This document shows positions 50,001 to 62,200 of a stretch of 64,000 bases of DNA, piece by piece. The notes under the pieces were generated by a model that made no database searches, was not told the DNA's origin, and worked only from the letters and a program-made list of their open reading frames with translations. The position numbers were made by a program, and so were the translations under genes. The stretch comes from Phoronis australis (Eukaryota; Animalia; Phoronida), in NCBI GenBank assembly GCA_002633005.1, contig NMRA01000015.1, positions 959,598 to 1,023,597 on the forward strand, read 5' to 3'. Every line of letters begins with the position of its first letter. Within the stretch, counting starts at the first letter, position 1.

Positions 50001-53000
50001 GTCATTTCGGATTTAATCAAATCTGCATGAACAGCCGACATACTCTCTGTTTCTTAAAAACAAAAAGCTCCGGCTGTGAAGGAGGTTGTTATTTTGTGCT
50101 CAAAACTCCAAGCAGTGCGTAGAGGCGTATACAGGGCTTGCATGAAACGCGACATGTCGTGACAATATACATACTTTTGCTAAGGTTTTTCAGACTTAAA
50201 CACTTTAATGTTAAAAATTATGTGATGCAAATTGTCGACTTGTGCCCAGACAACAATGAGGTGTAATGCTGGCGAATAACTCTGGTTGTTAGGATTATAG
50301 TTTTCTAGGAGGTATAAAGTCATTTTGAAGATTTTTATTTTCTTGTTTATCATGATATGCAATGATGAAGAGTGGTTAAGCATTGGATTTGAAGTGTTAA
50401 AATAACACTACTTTGGAGATTCTTGTATAATTAGGAACATCATACAAATGATTTACAATCTTTGTGAAATCACTACTTGTTTCGCTGGACGCTATTGGCT
50501 TGTACTCTCTCTGAGTGTATTGTGATCTGTCTGACCTGTTGTGGTAATCGTGGGCCATGTGTCATTTTGTTTCTGAAACGTCATACATGTCTTGCCTCGA
50601 AATATTGCGTATTTTTATTGTATTGTCTCATGATAATCACCTATTCTTACTCTAATTTAGAAGATTGGCAATTTATCCCAAATTCAAGCCGGTGTCCATT
50701 AAAACAGTAGGCAGCACTCGCACGCGCGTATTTAACAAATTTTGAATGCATACAATGAACAAGATTTGATTAATTCCTCATAATTTTAGACACTACTATA
50801 AAGCCCAAGATGAGCTAATCACTGCCTTTGAGACAATTAGAGCAGCCAATGAGGAAGACGCTGATGATGTCATCAAGAGGAAACAGTCCAATTACAGATT
50901 GGCTAACATCTTGGCAAAAGTTACATTCCTTTTGAATTTGGTAAGTTGCCTGATAAGTTTCCAAACATAAAGCAATAAGTTAAACTCAAAAGGACCACTG
51001 TTCATGTTTGTATTTGATGATAAATACACTGCTGTTCAGATGGGCAAGAATTGTAAATTTTATTTGAACCTTCAGTTAGGTAACACCACTTGTGTCTGTC
51101 TGTCTGTCCGTCCGTCCGCCCGCCCGCCCGCCCGCCCGTCCGCCCGTCCGTCCGTCCGTCCGTCAGCTTTAATCAGTGGTTATCTGTTCAGAGTTCACTG
51201 GCATATGCATTATTTATAGTTATTGTAACCGGCCAAGTTTTGCAATGCTAATAAGTCACTGTTGAGACATAAATTAAAGTTAATGTTCATCCTTCTTCAA
51301 AGAAATATACATTTAGAGAAGTTTCGTATTCAGAATCGAATTTTGCAGGAGTGTTGTTTTACAAGAATTTCCATCATTTGTGAATGCAGCCATTGTAAGT
51401 CTTGAGTTATCTTGAAGAAATTCTTCAAACAAATAAAAAATAAGGGGATGAGGGGTAAGGCTACTGCTTGGCAACGTGTGGTGATAAGTAATATACGTAT
51501 ATGTAAGTATGTATGTACGTATGTCTCCACTTTGGGAGCAAGTTTTCGGATATACAGAATTGATTAAATGCATGACACTTTTCATTGTTGACAGTCTTTA
51601 TTCCGTTACATAGATTTCATACCTTCGGAACAAAACTCTACTCTCAACTGAACATAGATAAAGTAACTGACCTAGCGACATAATTAAAAAGAACACGATA
51701 TTTCGAAACATACTTGCTTCATTCCCAAGTGAAGATAAAATGACGCAGTAATGCCACCACAGAGCATAAGCTGATGACACACACAGTGGGACATGGCGGG
51801 TTAGAAATACTGTCAACAATGAAAAGTGCCGTGCGTGTAATCAATTATGTATGTATGTATGTATTTATTCATATATGTATGTATGTACAGATTCGATTTA
51901 CAGTTCCTGTCATACTTGGCAACCTCATGTTAAAGATGAGTTTTGTTGCTTACAGAGTAGTGAAGAGTGATTGTTGTGATGTGGAGCCTAGAGCATTGAA
52001 AAGCCAGGTGGAAGCTGGGAGACTGTTGTATGTCATCCAGTCATAGCAAAACATTCAATTTTACTCTAAAAGTGATTATCGGACATTGTCTAAAACTGCT
52101 GTAAACTTCAGTAAAATGTAATGATCTAGCATAAGGATAGACTTGCAGAATGAACCAAGCTTTTTATTGACATTTTTAATTGAGCTTTTTTTCTCATTTT
52201 GTTTCCAGGTATTGCTCATAGCGAAGCTAGTGGCATCCATATTGTCTGGTTCTCTTTCTGTCATATCGAGTCTGGTTGACAGCGCCGTTGATCTCGTATC
52301 TGGCATCATTATATGGTGGACTAACAGAGCCATAAAGAAGAGAGACCCCTACACCTACCCTGAAGGTAACAGTCAAAATATTTTTGAAGACGATTGTGTG
52401 GTTTCTAACATCAAATATTCAAGGCATGGAATTTTCCGCTTTTTTCAAATGTTCTGTCCGCGCATTTTATTATATTTCCGCGTAAAAAAAATCTGATTTG
52501 ATATAAAATTTCCGCGGCAAATTCCTTTCTTACCGCGGCGTTGCCGACGATGTTCACCTCGAAAAGCGGAAGTTGCTCTTTATGTTTCGGAGGAACGTAA
52601 ATTGTCAACATTGCCGGGGCATCTGGGATAGCTTGGTGGGATTTTCAATGGCGTCTCGTGTGATTGTAAACCGCGGTGACAAATACTACGGCTCTGCAGC
52701 CAGTGTGGGGGGTGGGAGTGGAGGAGTGGATGGACGAGATAAAAAGACGCAGACGCATGCTACTGATGGTGGTAACGTTGTTTTGTTTTTAAGTCCTCCT
52801 GATTTTGGTCGGCGAAAGGTTCACATCGACTATTTCAAGGCTGGGTAGCACGCATGTTTTGGGCCTTAAAAGTTTCCACGTTTTTTGTCATTGGTCATTC
52901 CAAGCCCTGGATATTAGTTAAGCATTTTTCTAGTTTGGAGTTATTGCAAGTAACGTGGAATTGGAGAGTGAATTCAAAGATTGCACCAGAACTTGAAATT

Positions 53001-55885
53001 ATTGTCTATAATTGTGTGCTTGAGTATATTATGGATTACGCAGGTGAGTTTCTGGTCTAAGTTGACACTTAACGATCTCATGATTGGAGCAACAAACTCT
53101 GGTTTAAACTCATGATTTCAAATTCAGATTTATTTAGATCTCAATTTTGAGGTCGTCAAGTGTCACTTTGGATGAGACATTCATCCACATAAACTGCAGT
53201 ACACTCAAGCATGCAATCATAGACATTCCTCTGGAGTTTTCACTGATTACTAGGGCCAAAAATTTCAAGCTTGATGTGGAGTTCGAAATTGAGTTCGGAG
53301 ATTAGACCCGGGTCTCTTTTGTGCAAGTCTCTAAGCACATCCCTATGGTTGTTGTAGGCCGTACCAAGCTGGAGCCTCTCGGCATCGTTGTACTGTCGGT
53401 AATCATGTCTGTCGCAGCTGTTCAACTTGTCATAGTGTCTGTGGAGAGAATCGTTGACTTTGCCACTGCCAAAACCAAGAACACTGTCGTAATGGACATA
53501 GCCACCATTGTTATTGTTGTCTTCACCATCGGTGAGTTTGACATTCTTAGAATGTTCTGACGGGGTAAAAGAAGTGAAAGCTATTATTTGTCTCCAATAT
53601 TCACAGAAAATTCTCTTCTTGCAGATTGATTTTTTTGTGACTGTTCCAATATATTGTTAAAATTAGTTGGCTTGATATTAAGTTAGTTACGGCAATTTTC
53701 AGCTATTTTTTATCTATAACGATTGTAAGTATGCAAATAATTGACTTGGTTATTAGTTTCATCGTGAGAAAATGCCTCTTTGTGTTTCAAACCTCAGTTT
53801 CTGCTCCTTTAATTGTCTTTCCAGTGAGTAAGTTGGTGATGTTTCTACTTTGTCGGCGTGTTCCTGTTCCTAGCACAGAAGCGCTAGCTCTGGACCACAG
53901 AAATGACGTACTCTCTAATTTTGTGGCTTTGGTCATGGGTCTTGTGGGTAACGTATAGCCTCATTTACGTACTGTACAGTTTAGGTAGAACGAGATAAAA
54001 ATAAAACTAGTCACTCGCCACTCTACTGTTTTGTTGAAGTCAATGAATTGTTGACATGACATTTGTTTACATTTTATCATTTGAATTGTTGACATGACAT
54101 TTTATCTTTTTAACTGCTTTACTTGTTGCATTGTTTTACATACTTAGAAGGTGTATGTTAGTGGTGTACATTAGTGGTGTACCTTAATGGTAACAGAAAT
54201 TGATACAAAAAATTAAATTTTTGATAGTGCTGAGTTACTTGTCATGAAACTAAAGTCGCTTTTGCTCGAGAGACAGTCGTCACCGTGTCAGTTGTCACGG
54301 CACGACTTGCTCCACTTTAGTCGCATTTACAGTACATTAGATTGCAAACTGGATCAACATGAATCACTTACACGAAGACTGTCGGTGTAGGCTTGCATAA
54401 ACAATAGCAAACATCCAAGACGTGGAATTCCAGCAGATCACCTGTATATACACTATGGCGCAAGTGCATTGAAAGATGGTCCCTTTCCACCCTGCCCCAG
54501 TTGTGTTTAGAAGACTTAGTGTAATTGCAACTGGAGCAACTGATCGAGTGCAACTCGCTCTACCCATCAAACCGGTGTCAAAAATAGCTGCCGCAGTGTC
54601 ACCTTGCTCCGTGTCAGTCATGTTTACACACACACACTTGCACCTGATGAGCTGTTCCGTGTTAGTTGCTCGGTGTCAGCTGTCTCTCGTGTAAATGCAA
54701 CTATAAAATAGTCTCAGAAACAAGATATTCTGTCCAGCTTAGTCGTGCACAGCCTAACAATTTAAGTTTATGGCTCTCTGATGCTGGGCCTGTTATGAGT
54801 CATTGATAATGAGGTGTGCAAAGCTTGCCCTGAAATTTACCAGTGGCTGTGTGCAGAATGTACGCAAAATGAAATTAAAATGCTGAAGGTAGTTCTATAT
54901 TGTACAAGTATAAAAAATCACACAAAGTCACTATAGCAAGGGTGAACAAGGTTTGAAATGCCATGATTTGCCAAGCGATGAGTAAAACAAAGTTTTTGCA
55001 TTAATTTCCAGATCTCAGATGTATTTTTTTGAAAGAGTTAGCAATTAAAAAACTGCAGACCAGAACCCACTATGGCCTTTGTCATTACAAACCATTGTTT
55101 GTGTCCTCAGGTTCTTACTGGTGGAAGTATGCAGATCCTATTGGTGCTGTTCTCATATCTCTCTACATTGCATTCAGTTGGTATCAACAGGGATGGCGTA
55201 AGTAGTCTGATTATATACCATTACATCTTTTGCTTGACCCAGTTTCCAATTTTGATCCAAGATTGGACAAGTTGGCAGGGACGAATGCAATTTCTTTATT
55301 TGCGAACATTTGAGACATTGGGCATTTTTGCGTGAATTGTTATCCCACCGTGTAACAGTGGCAAAGAATTCAGGAAAAACGCCTAGAAATCTCACTGCAT
55401 TAAACTTCTATACAAGAGCGCAAAGTGCTGTCTTCCAACTACACTATCACAATATAGGCGTATTTCATTACGTTGGCACTAAATCAAAAAATGTTCATAG
55501 GTTTGATCTAATTGTTATTTGCATTACAAAAGGTGCTTATCATCGCTTTGCATTGCTCTAATATCTGTTTTCATTTATAGAACAAATCAAGATGCTCACC
55601 GGTGTAACCGCGCGACCGGAGTTCCTGAAAAAGATAACGTGGATCTGTCTCGACCACAGCTCTAAGATCCAGCACATCGACACCGTGCGAGCATTTCATT
55701 TTGGCACGAACTTCATTGTCGAGGTCGACATTGTCCTGCCAGAGACAATGACCTTGAAGGAGGCACACGACATTGGCGAGCCTCTGCAGCAGAAGTTGGA
55801 GAAATTGACAGAGGTTGAGCGAGCATTTGTGCATCTGGATTACGAGTTTGAGCACAGTCCATATGATGAACATAAACATGTGTGA
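38037..55885 (+). CDS. Cation diffusion facilitator, Mn-CDF clade (plant MTP8-11-like metal tolerance protein), about 525 aa
   Basis: Exons: 38037-38045 (AAACATGGAGAAG|GTAAGT, inferred start exon), 47934-48417, 49255-49342, 50790-50940, 52209-52365, 53358-53531, 53825-53947, 55111-55197, 55581-55885 (sum 1578 nt). Motifs: [18 protein letters not shown] (TM2 DxxxD), [19 protein letters not shown] (TM5 DxxxD), ADPIGA, and C-terminal dimerisation domain [57 protein letters not shown]. The core (47934 onward) is secure; the first exon is less certain. Confidence 0.9.
38405..38719. mobile_element. Degenerate hAT-like MITE
   Basis: CAGAGGCGT...ACGCCTATG termini with internal short repeats of GGTCGCCACCAATTTC; no clean TSD. 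Confidence 0.4.
41080..41173 (+). promoter_or_regulatory. Candidate alternative non-coding first exon/promoter of the CDF gene
   Basis: Locally CpG-richer stretch ending in the strong donor GTAG|GTAAGC (41167/41168); no in-frame ATG. Confidence 0.35.
42104..42597. repeat. 20-bp GC-rich minisatellite, about 25 units
   Basis: Consensus GCCTGCAGTCT(A/G)(C/T)GCTGGC(A/G) in exact 20-nt register over 42121-42600; source of the cluster of repetitive ORFs. Confidence 0.95.
43840..45220. repeat. Degenerate internally repetitive element (Helentron/HINE-like array)
   Basis: Irregularly spaced recurrences of GACAGATTTCAATGAA(A)CTTGAC (about 44042, 44246, 44531, 44977, 45140) and CTGCAGCACCCCCAGTGGCCAT (about 44218, 44328, 44742, 45041). 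The family assignment is inference. Confidence 0.5.
45482..46460. mobile_element. hAT-like non-autonomous DNA transposon, about 980 bp
   Basis: Termini CAGTGGCGGATCTAGG ... CCTAAATCCGTCTATG (imperfect TIR) with G/C-run subterminal motifs; flanked by the direct repeat TCTTC (45477-45481, 46461-46465). Confidence 0.75.
51092..51164. repeat. (GTCT)n(GTCC)n(GCCC)n compound microsatellite
   Basis: Direct read. Confidence 0.85.
51555..51849. mobile_element. MITE with TIRs of about 41 bp and TA flanks (Tc1/mariner-like)
   Basis: TA|CAGAATTGATTAAATGCATGACACTTTTCATTGTTGACAGT ... ACTGTCAACAATGAAAAGTGCCGTGCGTGTAATCAATTATG|TA. A partial inverted copy lies at about 60939-61127. Confidence 0.75.
52420..52909 (+). 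mobile_element. MITE family A copy in CDF gene intron
   Basis: CAAGGCATGGAATTTTCCGC...TCATTCCAAGCCCTG with an interior closely similar to 2673-3171; inserted 54 nt after the donor at 52366. Confidence 0.88.
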
Positions 55886-56848
55886 CCACTGTACGTATGA
55901 TGAACATAAACCTGTGTGAACACAATCAGTATGACGATCATACAGCTGTGTTGGACAGGAATCAGGATGAGGGGTGTGATAGAAAGTTTGCTGGAGAATT
56001 GGTGGTGTTTAGATCAAATTAATTATGTTAAGTATGACATCATTTTGATATTTCTAACCCAGTCACATAAAATTTAAATGACAAAATAAAACAATTACCA
56101 TTATTAGACCAGTTTTTACATAGTGTTGTAAATTACTAAGCTTTTTGAAAATCATTACCGAGCTATTGATCAGATCAATGTTTTAGCATTTAACAATAAA
56201 ATGGTTCTCAACTCCCCGCAGAGTGTGCAATGAGTGCAGCTGTTTTTAGCGGGCACTGATTAATCAAAAAACACAATTTTACAAAAGTTTCAAGATCTGA
56301 AATGCCATCATGGTTACTTGAAAGGGAAAATATCCCAAGACCTGCGAAATTGTGTTATGTGGCAAAATTGTATTTCTATTCCTTTTCTGAATCCAAATCA
56401 CATGATAGTGTCAGTTACACTTAACGTCTGTGTAGATGCTCAAGTTGTTTACTGTAACTATGCGCTTAGTTTTGTTCTACAACCCTCATTCTCCCAGGCA
56501 AACAGTAAGACAAGCTGCAAGTATGGCGAAGTGACATAAAAATTAAACTATGCAAGGAAAATATTGCTTTAACAACACCTGTGTATTCACCACAGGTGGA
56601 GATTATATGAAAATTCAGATCTGACATGTAATGCTAGAATGATTTTACCAATAGGGAAATATTTCATTTATTTAACACACATTATTATGAACTAGTGAAA
56701 TGCTAGTTTTGTCAAATTCTTACTATAGAGTATTAGTAGTTGTTTTCTGTGAGTTGACAAATTTTCTCATAGATTTAATGAGACATGTGCTTTAAATAAG
56801 GAGGGAGGTTGAAATAGGTGTTGATGATTTTGTGTAGACCAGTAAATA

Positions 56849-57196
56849 CAGTGGAGCCCAATTCATGCTATACCCAATAATAGAATATCGTGGTTATTGG
56901 CATGAAATGTCAAAAAACAATTAATTTCCATTTAACCTAATGTAAAATATCCCACATAATGTTATGATTTATTGACACATTTCCGGTTATTAAAAAATCA
57001 GCAACATTTATTCCCACATATTAACAAGAGAACCTTCACTTTCCATCGAACAAACTCAATTCAGTTTGCCTGGTCGGCGGGCAAGTCAGTCATTTCTTGT
57101 TTATCTGTCTTACTCTCAGACCATCCTCATAGCATGATCAGCTTGTAAGAGTGTTTACAATGAAACTGAGGGTACTACATTAAGTGGTCTCCACTG
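56849..57196. mobile_element. pogo/Tigger-like MITE
   Basis: TA|CAGTGGAGCCCA ... TGGTCTCCACTG|TA; about 1 kb downstream of the CDF stop codon. Confidence 0.65.
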
Positions 57197-59285
57197 TATG
57201 ACACAATACAGTAATTGCAAAGGATCTCAAAGACTGTGATGAGAATATGTTAGTCACTGACCAGTACATGTTAACATCTTGACTTTTTGTGTAGTAAAGT
57301 CCGCCAAGGATACATTTTGTGCATATTTATAAATTCAGTAAAGTTGAACCACTTCTGAATAAATTCCTCCAAGCCAAAGTTTATGTTACGTGACAAGTGT
57401 ACATCATGTATGATTAGAGTAGTGTGGGAAATTGTGTGGTTTGAAGATTTTGTTATTTATTTTTGTAGACCTTCAAAAATACCCAGTGATAAACTACTAG
57501 TCATCCATGTTGATTTTTTTAGGCGTAATGGGTGTCAGACCACAGGTGGCAGCTTTTCACCGAAGTGCATTTGTGCCAATTCATTACGAGTTTCACAACC
57601 ATTCAGCGGAGTTCTCTAATAATAATAATAATAAAAAATAAACTATAAGTATTTTAATTTTGAAATCTCTAAATACCAAAAGGTCAAAGAAACAAACATC
57701 TCTGGAGATTGTATTTTTCCTTTCTTGAAAGTTTTTCATGAGAAAATTGTTTTGTTCTGTTCACTAAGGGCACAAAACATACTGACTTGGTGTACGAGTA
57801 GTAGTCAGCTGTTGGGGAATAGTGCGACTTCACTTTGCCCCTTATGTCGGAGTACAAGGGAGTTATTGCAGCAACACAGCCATTGTTTCTAGTGTAAAAC
57901 AATATGCTATGTGCTGCAACTTGATACGAGTTTAGTTTTATAGCAGTGGAAAAGTTTATGTATATTTTGCTATTGCAAGGATTACCATGTTAGCATCTTG
58001 TTATTGCGAGTCATGGAGATTATAGCTTGTGTTAGGTAACCACTGAACATCTATTTTGTGGACAATTCGAGACCAATTTGTTATTGTGTGTGTAGGTCAC
58101 GTGTACTGTGTATTGTACTTCTGTAGACGGATGTGGATCCAGCATCATGCTTGGGGGGTCTAAGAATGGACAAACACAGGAGGTCCCCTATTGCAGCAAT
58201 ACAAAAGAGCGTGTATTCATTTTGGATCTGTGCCTGTTTAGAGCTCGATATTAATTCACTTTTGTTTTACATGATATTTATGACGTTAACATTATTAGCA
58301 CTTGCGTTCATAAAAACAGGCATTTACAACATCAATAGCATGCAGCCCCGGCTTCAATCAGGAATTTCTTCTGGTCATATTGTAATCCAAGTTCCTATGT
58401 TTCTCTGTTTATTTTGTGTTCATTTAATTCTGTCATTTCTTTTTTCCCATTTACTGAAGTCATGAGGTCTGTTAAAAGTGATTGAGTTTTGTTGAACAAT
58501 ACAAATTACAGTAATAAAATTTATTTTAATGACAAAAATAAAATGAGAACTGGAATTCGCTTTGCTTCATTCCATAGTCTACTTGAGGCATTTAAATCAG
58601 CGGTATGATAACCACTTGATTTGAATGACTAGTAAATAACATGTTTGAAAAATGTAAAAAGAGCCGAGATGAAAATGTAACCAAACTTGACGTTTTATGT
58701 AGAGACTGCAGAACATAGCATTTAGTTGCAAGAGTCTGAGAACATTCAATGGAAAATTACTGGCACATATTTTCACTCAGTAATTCTGACCTATTTAAGC
58801 ACAAAAATGGCAAGTGCAATTTATTTTTTCAAATTTCTATAATTTGCAGCAAAGTAATTGGCTTTTGAAAATAATAGAAAATGAAAATTTTTGCAGTTAA
58901 TTTTACATGACATAAGTGAAGAACTACCGTTCCAAGTCTATCCAAACATCCGAGTGCAGTGAGCTGGCATGTAACATAAAAGGTAAGACTTAGGGCCAGC
59001 TCAGCATATGAACTATGAACCCAGCTGGCTGCCTTGATTGAAAGATTGTAGTTCAAATCAAGTCATGAACTTTTGAATGAATTGGGGGCGTGTTCATTTA
59101 AGTGCTGCCATATTTTCACGCCTTTACGCGAGCTGTGAGCTCAGTTAACAATCACTCGAGGCAGCCAGCTTAACTCCCAGCACCCTGTCTGTGCTCAGTC
59201 GTTATGGTTACCACACATCCTTCACATTTCCACAATGACAAATTTTAGTCTCTGCTATTCCACATTTTGCTTGGACTAATGGGCA

Positions 59286-62200
59286 TCACATTTCTCCGCA
59301 CTGCAAAATTGTCACGGGCATTTTTGGCTTGTTGTTGGCTCCCACTGGCACGTTCTCAATTTTCCTAAGAGTTAAAAGTCCATCAATAACTTTACCTGAA
59401 AGAAAAAATAGATTGATAAAGCACAAGAACACTGCCATGCTTTTCCGGGTTAAAGCACACATTCGGCTTAACAGACAAGCAAGAAATTTAAAAATTTCCT
59501 CTAGATCAAATTTGTGTCCGTCCCAATTTACAGGATTGACACTTCTTTAAAAGTGCCAGTGTCTGCAAAATGTCACTAACAGAATCAGCTTTTTCCACCA
59601 AGTAACGGGCGTCAAACTGGAACTCAAAATGCAGGACCCCTGTCACTGACTATTGCCTGAAAGCCTGTCTCATGGGTATTTTATGTCCTAACTCTACATG
59701 ACTTCCTTACTTTTGGTACAAACAGTCCGTTTCTGCAACACCTTGTCATACATATTTGTGCTGGAATATACCAAGTTTTTTGTTGAAAAAGACATGAAAT
59801 GGTTCTTTGTGTGAATCCAGACTTCATAAAAATTATGTCCATTATGTTTCTAAATATCCATGCTCGATTTAACGTTCACTGCGGACACTGACCCGAACAA
59901 TTACCGAATTTTATGATAAGTTGTTTGTTCTTCTGTTACCAAAAATTCTCCAACCATTACAAAATGCAAAGTCAAAACGTTCACAGTGACATCACAATTT
60001 GACAATTTGTTCAATTGCTACTCTAAATAATTGATAATAATTTTAATATGAATATATTCTTCTGGACTAATAATATTGCCAGGTATTGTAGCCTACTCTC
60101 CAGCCTTTCTCAAGAGCGGTATATCATTAGTTTGTAAGAATAGATTCATAAATCCTCATCTATCATCATCACATGGATGAATCATATCCATCTCTACAAT
60201 TCTTAGTAATGTCACAAAAGTACATCGAAGTGTGAACACACTGTTATCTTTTCGCTATTCAAAAATCCTCACCAAACACGACGTGCTTGCCATCCAAGAA
60301 GTCACAGGCAGCACACGTGATGAAAAACTGACATCCATTAGTGCTAGGCCCACTGTTTGCCTGAAAACAAATGACATCTTTAATTAAATGTTCCGTGGAA
60401 TTTTTTCTTCACAGAGCTCGATTGGTCATCCTTTTATTAACACTATATAAAAATACATGATCACAGAAATTATTATCGATGTGACTCATGCACTGATATT
60501 TAGATTTGCTTAGAATTTCTTTTCAAATACTCCAGTTTATGGTTCCTACAGGGCGTGATCTTGACTTGCTGGGTAAAATAGTTACCCACGATTCACCATT
60601 CTTGGCACGTGCAGAAGGAAACAATTGTGCAAAACATAACCTGCCTGGTAAACTCAGCAACAACACCATAATCTGCCTGGCAAACTTAGCAACAACTATG
60701 ATACACTGCAGAGAAACACCATCAAAAAAGGCGTGAGTAACTTGATCGCACATACTTTTCTCTATCAACAACTGAAGTCATTTGTAGTAGCAATACAGTA
60801 TTGAGGAAGTTGAAATGTTAGGCATAGATGTTTCTGGTTTGTAGCATCATTTGGAAACCTGTTGTTCTCTACTGAAAGAAAAAAGTGAGTACCCTCCCGC
60901 ATCAATTTCAGCAAATGTGTCAAAATTTGATTTATATTCGTCATTTTATCTTCACTTGAGAATGAAACAAGTATGTTTCGAAATATCGTGTGTCTTTTAA
61001 TTACGTCGCTAGGTCAGTTACTGTATCTATGTTCAGTTGAGAGTAGAGTTTTGTTCCGAAAGTATGAACGCAACGGAATAAAGACTGTGAACAATGAAAA
61101 GTGTCGTGCATTTAACAAATTCTGTATTCATCAAAAGCCAAACAAACACACACCAGCAAGGTTTTAAATGCTGTGGCTTTATTAGTCCCCCACAATCATC
61201 TAAAAATTGACCAATCAGTTATTTTGAGTCTCAAGTACAAAAATTAGACACTGGGCCACGAGCCTTAGCAAGACCAATCTGTAAACAAACTTAAATATTT
61301 GTTACGACATGAGAAAGTGAATGAAGCCGTGTATTTGACTATACAAGTCCATGAATTATTTAACACGAAGACTTACCATAGATAAAAGTGCAGGATTGTC
61401 GTGTTTTAGCTTGAAGTTTTCGTCATTGAATGGTCCTCCATAAATACTCATAAGTCCAGTACCATCATGCTGAAAATGTAAGGTTATCGGGGACCTTGGG
61501 CCAGTTCCAACAAAACTGACTTAGCTAAGACAAATCTTAAATTTTAGTAAATTTTAAGATAAGACTTAAATTTGTCTCGATTCCTTTTCAAATGAGAGAT
61601 CTTCAGTTTTAATTAAGTTTTTGGTAAAAGCTTTATCTTAATTTTAACTATCTTACCAGATGTGGAAGCTTCAAAGTATGTAAGTTAAGACAAATCTTAG
61701 ACTTAAGTAAAAAATGAACTTAAGTCAGCTTCTTGGAACGGGCCCCTTATCAATAAGTCTGACAAGTCAACGTATTCAGCCATATAACTACAAAACTATA
61801 GAAATCAACACTCACTGACAGTAAATATTTATGAAAAGTAGAAAGCCTGTTGATTAAAATGCAACAAAAAAGAAAGGTACATCCATAGAAAACAGTTACT
61901 TTGGTCAAATTTCATATGATATAAATGTTCAAGATGAAATCTCAAAAATGGAGTTGCAAAGTTTCAATTTGTTCTTTCTGTTTTTTATCCCTTCATGCAA
62001 AGTGAAGCACTTTAAAAACAACTTTTATAAACATTTTGGAGAACAGTGTATAGAGCACACAATGTGAACATTTCATACGAATCAGATCAGGTATTCCTAT
62101 AAAGATATGACGTTTTGAAATTAAGACAAATTTGGAATTTTTCCAGGGTTCTTCATAACCATTAAACGGAGACTTAGAAAAACAAACAGGAAATACTGTA

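Noticed and set aside
60273-60360. PPIH cyclosporin-binding Trp replaced by Phe (CDFLDGKH)
   Set aside because: To my knowledge Phe at this position is common in invertebrate PPIH; not unusual by itself.
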